A stretch of DNA of 64,000 nt from Gammaproteobacteria bacterium (lineage in GTDB: Bacteria > Pseudomonadota > Gammaproteobacteria > Eutrophobiales > Eutrophobiaceae): the NCBI GenBank assembly GCA_963422205.2, contig CAXMWX010000003.1:257565-321564 (forward strand). Direction: 5' to 3'. The notes beneath the pieces are model-generated. The model made no database searches. It had not been told where the DNA came from and saw nothing but the letters and a program-made list of their open reading frames with translations. Shown here piece after piece: positions 10,204 through 21,288 of the stretch. Each line of letters begins with the position of its first letter. Position 1 is the first letter of the stretch. The position numbers and the translations under genes are program-made.

Positions 10204-10992
10204 ATGAGGTATGCAGCAGGCGTTGAGTATTGTGGTACAAAATATTCAGGCTGGCAGAAGCAGAATCATGTCGAGTCGATTCAGGCACACATTGAAGCGG
10301 CACTTTCCCGGGTTGCCAATGAAGCCATAGAAGTCACCTGTGCAGGCCGCACCGATGCTGGCGTACATGCAAGCAATCAGGTCATACATTTTGATACTGA
10401 TGCCGTGCGTGAGAGCAATTCCTGGTTATTCGGCTGTAACAGTCATCTGCCGGGGGATATCAGCCTGTCCTGGCTTCAGCCGGTAGCCGGTGATTTCCAT
10501 GCACGTTTCTCAGCCTCAAGAAGAGTGTATCGCTACCTGATATTTAATCGCCCGGCCAGGCCGGGGATCATGCCGCAGTATCTAAGCTGGGAATGCCGTC
10601 CGCTTGATATGGAAAAGATGTCTGCTGCCGCCGCGTATCTGCTTGGTGAGCATGATTTTACTTCATTTCGTGCCGCTGCCTGCCAGGCCCGGTCCCCCGT
10701 GCGGCGTATCCATAGCCTGACACTGAACAGGGCGGGTGCGTTGATTGACGTGACGATTGAGGCCAATGCGTTTTTGCAGCACATGGTGAGGAATATTGTG
10801 GGTGTCTTGCTGGCGGTGGGCATGGGTAAACAGCCGGTTGCCTGGGTAGAGCAGGTGCTGCAAGCTAAGGACCGGGGACATGCCGGCATAACCGCATCGG
10901 CCTCTGGTCTGTCGCTGATCGCCGTACATTACCCGCCAGAATATGCGCTCCCCAAGCCCGATAAAAGCCTTTTGAGCCTGTCGTACAGATGA
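10204..10992 (+). CDS. truA: tRNA pseudouridine(38-40) synthase
   Basis: CAGRTDAGVHA, FHARFSA, GEHDFTSFRA, NAFLQHMVRNIVG. Confidence 0.97.
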   Translation: MRYAAGVEYCGTKYSGWQKQNHVESIQAHIEAALSRVANEAIEVTCAGRTDAGVHASNQVIHFDTDAVRESNSWLFGCNSHLPGDISLSWLQPVAGDFHARFSASRRVYRYLIFNRPARPGIMPQYLSWECRPLDMEKMSAAAAYLLGEHDFTSFRAAACQARSPVRRIHSLTLNRAGALIDVTIEANAFLQHMVRNIVGVLLAVGMGKQPVAWVEQVLQAKDRGHAGITASASGLSLIAVHYPPEYALPKPDKSLLSLSYR

Positions 10993-11693
10993 GTTTGCTG
11001 GCGGGGAAAAGCGGGGCACAGACCCGGGTCAAGATCTGCGGCATCACCAATCGGGAAGATGCACTGGCGGCATGTGTTGCCGGTGCGGATGCCATTGGGC
11101 TGGTATTTTATCCACACAGCCGCCGCTGTATTGAGCAGGCGGCGGCGCAGGATATTTGTCGTCAACTCCCCGCAAATGTCAGCAAGGTCGGGCTTTTTGT
11201 CAATGCGAAAGCCGATAGCATTCGGCAAACCCTGGCGCTGGTCGAGTTGGATGTGTTGCAGTTTCATGGGGCGGAGTCGGCCGGTTTTTGCAAAGCCTTT
11301 GGCCTGCCCTGGCTGAAAGCTGTTAGAATGAAAGCCGGTATTGATCTGTACAAGGTCTGTGCTGATTACGCTGCCTGTGAGGCGCTTTTGCTGGATAGCT
11401 ATGTGCCGGGCAGGCCGGGTGGCACTGGCATGAGTTTTCGCTGGGAGGCTGTTCCGGCTGATTTGCCCAAGCCGGTGATCCTTGCAGGCGGCTTACGGCC
11501 TGATAACGTAAAACGTGCTATCCGAACAGCCAGGCCCTATGCGGTGGATGTCAGCGGTGGTGTTGAACAGCGGACAGGGCGTAAAGATCATGACAAAATG
11601 CGGCAATTCATTGAAGAGGTCAGACATGCCCTGGAGAGCATTGACAGCGGATCCGAGCCTCGGTCGGCAGGACGCATTCGTCCTGCCGGATGA
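10989..11693 (+). CDS. trpF: Phosphoribosylanthranilate isomerase
   Basis: [35 protein letters not shown]. Confidence 0.95.
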   Translation: MSLLAGKSGAQTRVKICGITNREDALAACVAGADAIGLVFYPHSRRCIEQAAAQDICRQLPANVSKVGLFVNAKADSIRQTLALVELDVLQFHGAESAGFCKAFGLPWLKAVRMKAGIDLYKVCADYAACEALLLDSYVPGRPGGTGMSFRWEAVPADLPKPVILAGGLRPDNVKRAIRTARPYAVDVSGGVEQRTGRKDHDKMRQFIEEVRHALESIDSGSEPRSAGRIRPAG

Positions 11694-12867
11694 TGAGGGT
11701 CACTTTGGAATCTATGGGGGCAGATTTGTTGCCGAGACCCTCATTGAACCCTTGCGGGAGTTGACCGAAAAATACCAATATTATTTTGATGATGCAGATT
11801 ATCTTGCCGAGTTGGATGATGATCTGAAGCATTTTGTCGGCAGGCCATCACCGCTTTATCATGCCAGGCGCTGGAGCGAGCAACTGGGCGGCGCACAGAT
11901 TTATCTCAAACGGGAAGACTTAAATCATACCGGCGCACATAAAATCAACAGCGCTGTTGGCCAGGCATTACTGGCAAAGCGAATGGGCAAGACCCGCATT
12001 ATCGCCGAGACGGGCGCCGGCCAGCATGGGGTGGCCACGGCCACGGTGGCCGCCCGCCTGGGGCTGGAATGCGTTATCTACATGGGTACGGAGGATATAC
12101 AAAGACAGGCCATCAATGTGTTTCGCATGAAGCTGCTGGGTGCAGAAGTCATCGGGGTTGAGTCCGGTGCAAAGACGCTCAAAGATGCGATGAATGAAGC
12201 CCTGCGTGACTGGGTGAGCCATGTTGATGATACGTTTTATATCATAGGTACGGTCGCCGGCCCGCACCCTTATCCGGTGATGGTAAGGAAACTCCAGGCG
12301 GTGATTGGCCGGGAGGTGCGAGAACAATGTCTGCAATTAACCGCTCGCCTGCCTGATACGATCATCGCCTGTGTTGGTGGCGGCTCCAATGCCATCGGCC
12401 TGTTTCATCCTTTTCTGGCAGATGAGTCTGTTGAGATCATCGGGGTTGAGGCCGCAGGTGCTGGTATGCACACAGGCCAGCACGCCGCCCCGTTAAGTGC
12501 TGGCAGGCCCGGGGTGTTGCATGGGAACAGGACGTATTTGATGACCGATGAGCAGGGCCAGATTATGGAGACACATTCCATCTCTGCCGGCCTTGATTAT
12601 CCGGGTGTCGGGCCGGAACATGCCTGGCTGAAAGATAACGCCAGAGTGCGCTATGTCACGGCCACGGATGAGGAGTCTTTACAGGCGTTTCACTCCCTGA
12701 CCCGTATTGAGGGGATTATGCCGGCGCTGGAATCAAGCCATGCTCTGGCGCAGGTGATGAGGATGGCCCCGGCGATGGACCGAGAGGCCATTATCGTGGT
12801 GAATTTATCCGGCCGTGGTGATAAAGATATCCATACCGTGGCGGCACTTGAGGGGATTACGTTATAG
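11626..12867 (+). CDS. trpB: Tryptophan synthase beta subunit
   Basis: [44 protein letters not shown]. Start moved to the ATG at 11626, which has a GAGGT RBS. Confidence 0.97.
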   Translation: MPWRALTADPSLGRQDAFVLPDDEGHFGIYGGRFVAETLIEPLRELTEKYQYYFDDADYLAELDDDLKHFVGRPSPLYHARRWSEQLGGAQIYLKREDLNHTGAHKINSAVGQALLAKRMGKTRIIAETGAGQHGVATATVAARLGLECVIYMGTEDIQRQAINVFRMKLLGAEVIGVESGAKTLKDAMNEALRDWVSHVDDTFYIIGTVAGPHPYPVMVRKLQAVIGREVREQCLQLTARLPDTIIACVGGGSNAIGLFHPFLADESVEIIGVEAAGAGMHTGQHAAPLSAGRPGVLHGNRTYLMTDEQGQIMETHSISAGLDYPGVGPEHAWLKDNARVRYVTATDEESLQAFHSLTRIEGIMPALESSHALAQVMRMAPAMDREAIIVVNLSGRGDKDIHTVAALEGITL

Positions 12868-12880
12868 TGAGGGTACAGTG

Positions 12881-13102
12881 ATGAATAATCGGGAGAAGCT
12901 GATTGAACTGATTGGCCGCCATGGACTGGACAGGGGCGATGTTGCTGACATGCTGAAGGTCAAACGTGAGCAGGTAGACCGTTGGCTGCTGTCCAGCGAA
13001 TCCAAGAATCATGAGGAAGTCCCTGAGATGGCGGTTGAGCTATTGATGTTAAAGTTAAAATACCCGAATGCGCCGGATGCCGGTGAATACCCTGCCAGAT
13101 AG
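12881..13102 (+). CDS. Small (73 aa) putative helix-turn-helix protein
   Basis: GAGGG RBS just after the trpB stop; LDRGDVADMLKVKREQVDRWL has an XRE/HTH-like pattern. Confidence 0.65.
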   Translation: MNNREKLIELIGRHGLDRGDVADMLKVKREQVDRWLLSSESKNHEEVPEMAVELLMLKLKYPNAPDAGEYPAR

Positions 13103-13115
13103 CCGTCAGCCGAGT

Positions 13116-13142
13116 GGAGGCGGGCAAATTCGCCCTGTCTCC
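13116..13142 (+). terminator. GC-rich hairpin after the HTH gene (no clear U-tract)
   Basis: GGAGGCGGGC-AAATTC-GCCCTGTCTCC stem-loop; a perfect TATAAT follows at 13158-13163. Confidence 0.35.
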
Positions 13143-13238
13143 GCCGTCTGTATGGCATATAATCCAGGCCGCAAGGCAAGCTGACCTATTTTTATTGGTA
13201 ACAACGATATAAGCCGCGTGGTAAACCGTGTTGGTCTG

Positions 13239-14048
13239 ATGAGCAGAATGACGACAATATTTGAGGGGCTGGGTCATGCCGGAAGAAAGGCCATGATCCC
13301 CTTCATCACCGTTGGCGACCCGGATGCCGACAGTACCCTCGATATTATGCGGGGACTGGTCGCTAACGGGGCGGATGCTATCGAACTGGGCGTGCCGTTC
13401 TCTGATCCGGCGGCGGATGGGCCCATCATCCAGCGTGCCAGCGAACGGGCCCTGGCACAGGGTATTTCTCTCGCCGATGTCTTGCGGCTGGTGCAGGCAT
13501 TTCGGCAGCAGAACGAGACGACCCCGGTGATCTTGATGGGCTATCTAAACCCGGTTGAGATGATGGGGTATGAGCGTTTTGCTGAACAGGCGAAACAGCA
13601 CGGTGTGGATGGCGTTTTGCTGGTGGATATGCCAGCAGAAGAGGCGGCGGAGTTGAACGGCATCCTGGCCAGGCACGGATTACATCAGATATTTCTTATA
13701 TCCCCTACCACGACTGACAGCCGCTTTGAGTTGATATTAAAATATGCCTCGGGGTTTGTTTACTATGTCGCTGTCAAAGGCGTCACGGGTAAACATAACA
13801 TCGATATTCGCGAGATTAAAAACAAGATTGTCCGGCTGAAGCAATACACCACGCTGCCCATCGGTGTGGGTTTCGGGATCAGCGATGCCAGCGCTGCCGC
13901 TGCCGTAGCAGACTTCAGTGATGCCGTGATTATTGGCAGTGCATTGATCGAACACATCAACCATGCCGTTGAGCATGAGCAGGATATCCGGGCAGGCATT
14001 ACCGCCTTTCTCACCCCCATACGCACAGCACTGGATGAAGTGGCTTGA
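13239..14048 (+). CDS. trpA: Tryptophan synthase alpha subunit
   Basis: PFITVGDP, IELGVPFSDPAADGPIIQRA, LMGYLNP, VGFGIS. Confidence 0.97.
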   Translation: MSRMTTIFEGLGHAGRKAMIPFITVGDPDADSTLDIMRGLVANGADAIELGVPFSDPAADGPIIQRASERALAQGISLADVLRLVQAFRQQNETTPVILMGYLNPVEMMGYERFAEQAKQHGVDGVLLVDMPAEEAAELNGILARHGLHQIFLISPTTTDSRFELILKYASGFVYYVAVKGVTGKHNIDIREIKNKIVRLKQYTTLPIGVGFGISDASAAAAVADFSDAVIIGSALIEHINHAVEHEQDIRAGITAFLTPIRTALDEVA

Positions 14049-14069
14049 ATACATACCCTCAGTTGGCCC

Positions 14070-14933
14070 ATGAGTTGGCTGAATAAACTGCTGCCGTCAC
14101 GTATTAAAACGCATGGTGCGAGCCGCCGCACCGTGCCCGAAGGCGTCTGGACTAAATGTGCGGCCTGTAATGCGGTGTTATATCGTGCGGAGTTGACACG
14201 TAACCTGGAGGTATGCCCTAAGTGTGCACACCACATGCACATTACTGCCCGGGTGCGTTTGCAGGCATTGCTGGATGAGCAGGACCGGGAAGAGTTGGCC
14301 GCTGATATCAAACCGCACGATAAATACAAATTCAAAGACAGCAAAAAATACCGCGACCGACTCTCGCAGGCGAGCAAAGCGACTGGTGAGACCGATGCCC
14401 TGGTTGTCTATAAAGGCCGCATCAAATCCATTCCCGCGGTCACATGCGCTTTTGAGTTTGACTTTATGGGCGGTTCAATGGGTTCAGTGGTGGGAGAGCG
14501 GTTTGCCGTGGCGGTCGATCATTGCCTTGAGGATGGTTTGCCGCTCGTTTGTTTTTCCGCCAGTGGTGGTGCCAGGATGCAAGAGGCGCTGATATCTCTG
14601 TTTCAAATGGCCAAGACCAGCGCCATGCTGGCCGAGCTTGACAGTCGCCGCTTACCGTATATTTCCGTGTTGACCGATCCGACCATGGGCGGTGTCTCGG
14701 CCAGTTTTGCCAGCCTGGGCGATATCAATATTGCCGAGCCCAATGCCTTGATTGGTTTTGCCGGGCCGCGTGTGATTGAACAAACCGTGCGGGAATCCCT
14801 GCCCGCGGGTTTTCAAAAAAGCGAGTTCTTACTTGCACACGGTAACATTGATATGATTGTCGATAGAAGGGAGATGCGTGACAGCATTGCCTCATTGCTT
14901 GCCATCCTGTCCGGCAAATCTGTCGTGTATTAG
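14070..14933 (+). CDS. accD: Acetyl-CoA carboxylase carboxyltransferase beta subunit
   Basis: Zn ribbon [43 protein letters not shown]. Confidence 0.97.
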   Translation: MSWLNKLLPSRIKTHGASRRTVPEGVWTKCAACNAVLYRAELTRNLEVCPKCAHHMHITARVRLQALLDEQDREELAADIKPHDKYKFKDSKKYRDRLSQASKATGETDALVVYKGRIKSIPAVTCAFEFDFMGGSMGSVVGERFAVAVDHCLEDGLPLVCFSASGGARMQEALISLFQMAKTSAMLAELDSRRLPYISVLTDPTMGGVSASFASLGDINIAEPNALIGFAGPRVIEQTVRESLPAGFQKSEFLLAHGNIDMIVDRREMRDSIASLLAILSGKSVVY

Positions 14934-15007
14934 GCGAGATATGGCGGTGATAATTTTTTTAACACGTTGCGTGATCAGAGATCGCTGAGGTATATATTGA
15001 TCATCTT

Positions 15008-16306
15008 ATGAGTACCACAGCCAATACCATTATCCGCCCTGATATGCGTTTTACGTGCTTGCAGGACTGGTTGTGCTGGCAGGAAAGTCTGCATAATACA
15101 GCGATTAAGCTGGGGCTGGATCGTTGCCGGACGGTTGCCGAGCGCATGGGTTTGCTAAAGCCCGATTTTAAGATCATCAGTATATCGGGAACGAATGGCA
15201 AAGGCTCCAGTGCTGCCATGCTGGATAAGAGCCTGCGGCAGATGGGGTTTAAGGTGGGTACCTATACCTCGCCGCATTTATTAACCTACAATGAACGCAT
15301 CAGTATCGATGACATTCATATTGATGATGACAGTCTGTGCCATACGTTTGAGCGCATAGACAGGCACCGTGGTGACATTTCCCTGACGTATTTTGAATTT
15401 GGCACCCTGGCGGCATTGGATATTTTCCACGCCGCCAGCATTGATATAGCGGTGATGGAGGTCGGCCTTGGCGGTCGCCTGGATGCGGTTAATATTCTGG
15501 ATGCAGATATTGCTCTGGTGACGACTGTGGATTTCGATCATGAGGTTTGGTTAGGTCATGACAGGGAGTCTATCGGGCGTGAGAAGGCCGGCATTTTTCG
15601 TCCTGGCCGTCTTGCTGTGTGTGCGGATCGAGACCCGCCATGCTCTATCGCTGAACACGCCAGGGATATCGGGGCAGAATTATACCGTGCTGGCATTGAT
15701 TTTGATTTTTCAGTCAACCCGACGGATTGGTCGTGGCGAGGCCATGGCAAAGAATATACGCATCTGCCGCTGCCGGGCATAAACAGGCGACAGGTACAAA
15801 ACGCCGCCGGGGTGTTGATGGTATTGACGCTGCTGTTGGAGAAATCCCCATTTAACAGCAGGGCAATATACACTGTCCTGCGGGATTTCAGGTTGGCTGG
15901 CCGCTTGCAAAGCATCCCCGGGGAGACCCCCTGCCTTCTTGATGTGGCGCATAATCCCCAGGCCGTGGCCGCACTGGTGGATCATGTTCAGGAAATTTCC
16001 GGCGCCGGCGCCAATCACCTGATTATCGGTATGTTGAAGGATAAAAATCATGCGGCGGTATTTACGCTGTTACAGCCGATAGCCGATCGCTGGTATGTGG
16101 CCGACATCAACAGCGACCGGGCGGCACCGGCAACCGAGCTGGCACAGGCACTTGCAGAATATGTGGAGACAGATAACATCAGCCTGTATCCGAATGTTGC
16201 CCTCGCCATCGCCCGGGCCCAGGCCAATGCCCGGCCCGGGGATAGAATTATCATCACCGGTTCGTTCGTGACAGTGGGTGCGGCGATTGAATATCTGGAC
16301 AGTTGA
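15008..16306 (+). CDS. folC: Dihydrofolate/folylpolyglutamate synthase
   Basis: GTNGKGS, YTSPHL, TYFEFGT, EVGLGGRLDAVN, DVAHNP. Confidence 0.96.
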   Translation: MSTTANTIIRPDMRFTCLQDWLCWQESLHNTAIKLGLDRCRTVAERMGLLKPDFKIISISGTNGKGSSAAMLDKSLRQMGFKVGTYTSPHLLTYNERISIDDIHIDDDSLCHTFERIDRHRGDISLTYFEFGTLAALDIFHAASIDIAVMEVGLGGRLDAVNILDADIALVTTVDFDHEVWLGHDRESIGREKAGIFRPGRLAVCADRDPPCSIAEHARDIGAELYRAGIDFDFSVNPTDWSWRGHGKEYTHLPLPGINRRQVQNAAGVLMVLTLLLEKSPFNSRAIYTVLRDFRLAGRLQSIPGETPCLLDVAHNPQAVAALVDHVQEISGAGANHLIIGMLKDKNHAAVFTLLQPIADRWYVADINSDRAAPATELAQALAEYVETDNISLYPNVALAIARAQANARPGDRIIITGSFVTVGAAIEYLDS

Positions 16307-16314
16307 TTGGCCTT

Positions 16315-16965
16315 ATGTTGGACAGAAGATTAAAAGAAAGATTAGTCGGTGCGATAGTATTGGTGCTGTTGGCCGTCATCTTTATCCCGATGTTTTTGCA
16401 GGGTGAGCATGACGGGGAGGGGGGGATTACCGAGACCAACATCCCTGCCAGATCCGAAGCAGAATTCAATTCCACACTGGTGCCTATCCCGGAGTTCACT
16501 GAACCGGTTGAAGTGCCGAAGAGAGAGGAGCCCGTATCGGAATCCGTGCTCGCACTGCCGCCCCCGGAGGCGGTTGATGCTGCGAAGGTCGTTGATACCA
16601 CGCCTGTTGAGAAGCCGGCCGCCGTTGTTGAGCCCGCGGTAGCACCGGTAGAACAACCCAAAAAGTCAACGCCAGGGCAGCCGGCTGAAAACCCCGCGCG
16701 CAATCTGCCTCAGGTAGACAAAGGCGTAACCGCCTGGGTGATCCAGGTGGGCAGTTTTGCCAACCGGGAGAATGCGGAGAAGCTGAATAAAAAATTACGT
16801 GACAGTGACTATCGCTCATTTGTGCAACCGGTTGAGAATGAGGACGGGGCCAAGGTGTACAAGGTGCGTGTCGGGCCGGAGATTTTGCGCTCCAGTGCCA
16901 GAAAATTAAAAGCCAGTCTGGCAGAGAAGATGTCCCTGCCCGGCATCATCATGAGTTATCCTTGA
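16315..16965 (+). CDS. dedD: SPOR-domain cell division protein DedD
   Basis: KERLVGAIVLV TM anchor, Pro/Glu linker, WVIQVGSF..KVRVGP SPOR domain; folC-dedD-cvpA-purF synteny. Confidence 0.88.
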   Translation: MLDRRLKERLVGAIVLVLLAVIFIPMFLQGEHDGEGGITETNIPARSEAEFNSTLVPIPEFTEPVEVPKREEPVSESVLALPPPEAVDAAKVVDTTPVEKPAAVVEPAVAPVEQPKKSTPGQPAENPARNLPQVDKGVTAWVIQVGSFANRENAEKLNKKLRDSDYRSFVQPVENEDGAKVYKVRVGPEILRSSARKLKASLAEKMSLPGIIMSYP

Positions 16966-17008
16966 TGCTTTCTCTCTCTTCTGCGGGCAATGCCGGACAG
17001 CACACAGA

Positions 17009-17506
17009 ATGAATGGTCTGGATATTGGTATACTTGTATGTTTGTTTCTGTCGGCGCTGACCGGGGTTATTTACGGGTTTTTAAATATCGTGTTCTCCAT
17101 CATTGCCTGGGCCTGTGCTCTCGGTGTTGCCGTGAAGGCCAGTGTCTATATCGCCCCGCTGCTGGAGAATCATGTCGAGTCCCTCTTGCTGCGTGACATG
17201 CTGGCCTTTGTCGGTTTATTCATTGTCAGCTTGATGTTGCTGACGGCGATCGGTTATTGCATTGCGAGGTTGTTTGGCCGGGGCGAACTCACGGTGACAG
17301 ACAGAATCCTCGGCTTTGGCCTGGGTCTTGGTCTTGGTGGCACCATTGTCGTTGTGCTCGTCTTTCTCGCCGGCTTTACTGCCATATCAAGCACAGCCTG
17401 GTGGCAGCGGTCTTTACTGGTTGAACCGTTTCAGCATATAGCGGTCTGGGGCAGTCAGTTTTTGCCAGCCGATGTTGCAGCCTATCATCGCTATGGCTCG
17501 GAATAA
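17009..17506 (+). CDS. cvpA: CvpA family membrane protein
   Basis: MNGLDI..., DRILGFGLG, WWQRSLL; directly upstream of purF. Confidence 0.88.
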   Translation: MNGLDIGILVCLFLSALTGVIYGFLNIVFSIIAWACALGVAVKASVYIAPLLENHVESLLLRDMLAFVGLFIVSLMLLTAIGYCIARLFGRGELTVTDRILGFGLGLGLGGTIVVVLVFLAGFTAISSTAWWQRSLLVEPFQHIAVWGSQFLPADVAAYHRYGSE

Positions 17507-17528
17507 CTGACACAGGTGTGTCCCTACC

Positions 17529-19046
17529 GTGTGCGGCATCGTCGGCATCGTCGCTGAACATCAGGTAAACCAGGCGATTTTTGATGGCTTGACCCTCTTG
17601 CAGCATCGAGGCCAGGATGCCGCCGGCATGGTTACCTGTGATGGTTTGCGACTTTATTTGCGTAAGAATAACGGCCTGGTCAGGGATGTGTTCCATACCA
17701 GGCACATGTTAAATCTTAAAGGGTCGATGGGCATTGGTCATGTCCGTTACCCCACGGCCGGTACGGCATCCTCTGCCGAAGCGCAGCCTTTTTATGTCAA
17801 TTCGCCTTACGGGATTACGCTGGCGCATAATGGCAATCTTATCAATGGCGAGCAGTTGAAAGATGATCTGGGCCAGAAGGATTTACGCCATATCAATACG
17901 GAATCCGATTCTGAGGTGTTGTTGAATATTTTTGCTTATGAGTTACAGCGTCTGGGCAAGAGGCGTAATGAGCTGATAGCAAATGATATTTTCCGTGCCA
18001 TAGAACGGCTGCACAAACGCTGCGAGGGGGGGTATGCCGCCGTTGCCATGATTACCGGTGTCGGCATCGTTGGCTTTCGCGATCCTCATGGCATCCGGCC
18101 GGTTGCCTTTGGTGAACGGGTAGCAGCGATGGGTAAAGACTATATCATCGCCTCGGAAAGTGTCGCCATAGATGCGCTGGGTTTTACCTTCCTCGGCGAC
18201 ATCAGGCCGGGTGAGGCGGTGTTCATCAGCGTGGCAGGTGAATTACAAAGACAACAATGTGCCGCTGATCCTGTTTGCTCGCCGTGTCTGTTTGAGCATG
18301 TCTATCTTGCTCGCCCGGATTCTGTGATTGATAAAATTTCAGTTTACAAAACCCGCTTGCGTATGGGTGAGGCACTGGCCAGGAAAATCCTGCGGCTAAA
18401 GCCTAAGCACGATATTGATGTGGTCATTCCCATCCCCGATACCGGCAGGACTTCCGCGCTGCCTTTGTCTTATGAGTTGGGCGTGAAATATCGGGAAGGC
18501 TTTATCAAAAACCGTTATATTCCCCGGACATTTATTATGCCGGGGCAGAGCATACGGGCAAAATCTGTCAGGCAAAAACTCAATGCCATTGGCTTGGAAT
18601 TTAAAGGCAAGAACGTGTTGCTGGTTGATGATTCTATTGTTCGTGGTACGACCTCGCAGGAGATCATTCAAATGGCACGTGAGGCCGGTGCGAGCAAGGT
18701 CTATTTTGCCTCGGCGGCCCCGCCGGTTTTGTATCCGAACGTATACGGCATTGATATTCCCTCGCCGAATGAGCTGATCGCTCATGGTCAGAGCGAAGAT
18801 AAGATTTGTCGGGCCATCGGGGCCGACTGGCTGGTGTATCAGGATGTGGCTGATCTGGTGGCTGCCGCCCGTGCAGGCAATCCGGAAATTCCGTGTTTTG
18901 ATGTTTCCTGTTTTACCGGCGAGTATGTCACAGGGAATGTCAGCGAGGAGTATCTTGATTATATCTCTGGCTTGCGCTGCGATTCGACCAGAGAGCGAGA
19001 TGAAACAGCGGCGGAATCCCTGGTCGATCTGGCGAATGCCGAATAG
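17529..19046 (+). CDS. purF: Amidophosphoribosyltransferase
   Basis: N-terminal [39 protein letters not shown]. Confidence 0.98.
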   Translation: MCGIVGIVAEHQVNQAIFDGLTLLQHRGQDAAGMVTCDGLRLYLRKNNGLVRDVFHTRHMLNLKGSMGIGHVRYPTAGTASSAEAQPFYVNSPYGITLAHNGNLINGEQLKDDLGQKDLRHINTESDSEVLLNIFAYELQRLGKRRNELIANDIFRAIERLHKRCEGGYAAVAMITGVGIVGFRDPHGIRPVAFGERVAAMGKDYIIASESVAIDALGFTFLGDIRPGEAVFISVAGELQRQQCAADPVCSPCLFEHVYLARPDSVIDKISVYKTRLRMGEALARKILRLKPKHDIDVVIPIPDTGRTSALPLSYELGVKYREGFIKNRYIPRTFIMPGQSIRAKSVRQKLNAIGLEFKGKNVLLVDDSIVRGTTSQEIIQMAREAGASKVYFASAAPPVLYPNVYGIDIPSPNELIAHGQSEDKICRAIGADWLVYQDVADLVAAARAGNPEIPCFDVSCFTGEYVTGNVSEEYLDYISGLRCDSTRERDETAAESLVDLANAE

Positions 19047-19071
19047 CATGACCTGATAGCGGGGCAATTTC

Positions 19072-19548
19072 CTATTTATCTTCCGAGTCTTTATCCTTGG
19101 AAGAGAATCCAGCCGCCTTAAAAAAATTATTCTGCATCTGCTGCCACATCTTCAGGTTCTGCTCGGTTAATTCCGACATCTTCTCCAGGGGATTACTCTT
19201 CATGGCATCCTGGAAGTTTTGCTGCAATGTCCGTTGTTGATCGGCAAAAAAGTTCATGCTTTTTTCCAGGTAATCGCTCAAGGCTGATTGATAGGAATGG
19301 CCGTAATAACGTATGAGCTGTGCGAGCATGGCTGTCTTGAATATCGGCTGTCCATCATGCTCCTGCTCGGCGATGATCTGTAACAGGATGCTGCGGGTCA
19401 AGTCTTCTTCTGTTTTGACATCTTTCACGCAAAACTCAACACCATCCAGCACCAGTTTTTTCACATCATCCAGCGTGATGTATTTGCTTATTTGCGTATC
19501 GTATAACCGGCGGTTCGGATATTTTTTGATGATACGTTTAGCGGACAT
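19072..19548 (-). CDS. phaR: Polyhydroxyalkanoate synthesis repressor
   Basis: RIIKKYPNRRLYDT, EDLTRSILLQII signature. Confidence 0.93.
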   Translation of the reverse strand: MSAKRIIKKYPNRRLYDTQISKYITLDDVKKLVLDGVEFCVKDVKTEEDLTRSILLQIIAEQEHDGQPIFKTAMLAQLIRYYGHSYQSALSDYLEKSMNFFADQQRTLQQNFQDAMKSNPLEKMSELTEQNLKMWQQMQNNFFKAAGFSSKDKDSEDK

Positions 19549-19566
19549 GCGTGTGCGCCCCCGGCG

Positions 19567-20745
19567 TCATCTTTCCACCGCCAGGGCAACACCCTGACCG
19601 CCGCCTATACATAAGGTGGCCAGGCCCTTATGTGCATCACGGCGCTGCATGGCATGTAACAGCGTGACCAACACCCGGCACCCGGAGGCACCGATGGGGT
19701 GGCCGAGGGCAATCGCCCCTCCATGCACATTGACCTTATCGGTATCCAGGCCCAGCTCGCGATTAACGGCGATGGCCTGTGCAGCGAAGGCTTCATTGGC
19801 CTCGATCAGATCCAGCTCATCTACCTGCCAGCCCGCCTTGTCCAGGCATTTCTGCGTTGCCGGGATGGGGCCGGTGCCCATGATCTGCGGATCAACGCCA
19901 GCGCTGGCGCAGGCTTTTATCCTCGCCAGGACCGGCAGGTTCAAGGCCTTGGCCTTGGCCTCGGACATCACGATAACCGCCGCCGCGCCGTCATTCAGAC
20001 CGGAGGCATTCGCCGCCGTCACACTGCCCTGCCGGTCAAAGGCCGGCCGCAATTTGGCGATGCTGTCCTTGGTGACGCCTTGTTTGGGGTACTCATCCCG
20101 ATCAAAAATAACCGGCTCGCCTTTTCTCTGGGCAATAGAAACCGGGATAATTTCTGCATTAAACACCCCACTGTCCTGTGCGCTCTCGGCTTTTTGCTGT
20201 GAGGCGGCGGCAAATCCATCCTGCTCTTCGCGAGCAATGGAGAATTTACTGGCGATATTCTCGGCGGTGATCCCCATGTGGTAGTCATTGAAGGCATCCC
20301 AGAGACCATCGATGATCATGGTATCCTGCAAGGCCCAGTCGCCCATTTTGACACCCGCACGTGATTTGGGTAACACATGTGGGGCCGCGCTCATATTCTC
20401 CTGGCCGCCAGCGATCACAATATCGGCATCACCGCACTTGATGGCCTGGGCGGCAAGCTGTACGGCTTTTAAGCCACTGCCGCACACCTTGTTAATGGTC
20501 ATGCTCGGCACAGCATGGGGCAGCCCGGCGGCTATGGCGGCCTGACGTGCCGGGTTCTGGCCGCTGCCGGCGGTCAGCACCTGCCCCATGATCACCTCAT
20601 CAACATGGTCAGGCGCAATAGCGGTTTTATCCAGCAGCCCTTGTATCACGGTTGCCCCCAGGGTGTGCGCCGGGATAGCGGCAAGCGAGCCGCCAAAAGC
20701 ACCGATCGCCGTTCTGCCAGCGGCAACTATTACCGGATTTGACAT
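19567..20745 (-). CDS. phaA: Acetyl-CoA C-acetyltransferase (beta-ketothiolase)
   Basis: [29 protein letters not shown]; adjacent to phaR. Confidence 0.92.
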   Translation of the reverse strand: MSNPVIVAAGRTAIGAFGGSLAAIPAHTLGATVIQGLLDKTAIAPDHVDEVIMGQVLTAGSGQNPARQAAIAAGLPHAVPSMTINKVCGSGLKAVQLAAQAIKCGDADIVIAGGQENMSAAPHVLPKSRAGVKMGDWALQDTMIIDGLWDAFNDYHMGITAENIASKFSIAREEQDGFAAASQQKAESAQDSGVFNAEIIPVSIAQRKGEPVIFDRDEYPKQGVTKDSIAKLRPAFDRQGSVTAANASGLNDGAAAVIVMSEAKAKALNLPVLARIKACASAGVDPQIMGTGPIPATQKCLDKAGWQVDELDLIEANEAFAAQAIAVNRELGLDTDKVNVHGGAIALGHPIGASGCRVLVTLLHAMQRRDAHKGLATLCIGGGQGVALAVER

Positions 20746-20822
20746 AGATAGCTCCTTGAAAAATAAGTGTTTTTAACGCTCTGTTGTACCTCGGCGAGAA
20801 AGCCAGATGCCGTACAAAGGTA

Positions 20823-20839
20823 TTGTTGCAGTGTAACAA
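20823..20839. promoter_or_regulatory. Imperfect palindrome upstream of phaA, candidate PhaR operator
   Basis: TTGTTGCA-G-TGTAACAA; resembles the TGC-containing PhaR sites described in other proteobacteria. Confidence 0.45.
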
Positions 20840-21020
20840 AATCTGCACGGAGAGGCCAGTTTTATCACGTTTTCAAGCATGCCAATCCATACTGACACGC
20901 TGCATTAACAGTGATTTAAGGTGAGAAATTAAGCCGAACTGTTGCATCTGATTGGGACATATTTACCCAACATATTATTGATCCCACTTATTATCAAAGA
21001 CCCTTAACCAAATAAAGCGT

Positions 21021-21046
21021 TACGTATAGTCTGTAGATATATAGTA
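21021..21046 (+). promoter_or_regulatory. C-box double operator of the RM controller
   Basis: TACGTATAGTC-TGTA-GATATATAGTA, ending 17 bp before the C-gene ATG; same layout as the PvuII-type GACTnnnAGTC-tgta-GACTnnnAGTC. Confidence 0.75.
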
Positions 21047-21063
21047 TTCAAATAAATACGATC

Positions 21064-21288
21064 ATGCCCATGAACATAACTCATTCATTCGGGGCAAGGC
21101 TCCAGAAAATTAGAAAAGAAAAAGGGCTTTCGCAAGAAAAACTTGCGGAACTTTCAGGTCTTCATAGAACTTATATCAGTTCTTTAGAGCGAGGCTCAAG
21201 AAATCCCACGCTTACTACTATGCACACAATTGCTCATGCCTTGAATATTAAAATTTCATTTTTGGTTACTGACACTGCAAATGAGTAA
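21064..21288 (+). CDS. RM controller (C) protein, XRE HTH
   Basis: FGARLQKIRKEKGLSQEKLAELSGLHRTYISSLERGSRNPTL is typical of C proteins; overlaps the start of the downstream nuclease gene. Confidence 0.9.
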   Translation: MPMNITHSFGARLQKIRKEKGLSQEKLAELSGLHRTYISSLERGSRNPTLTTMHTIAHALNIKISFLVTDTANE

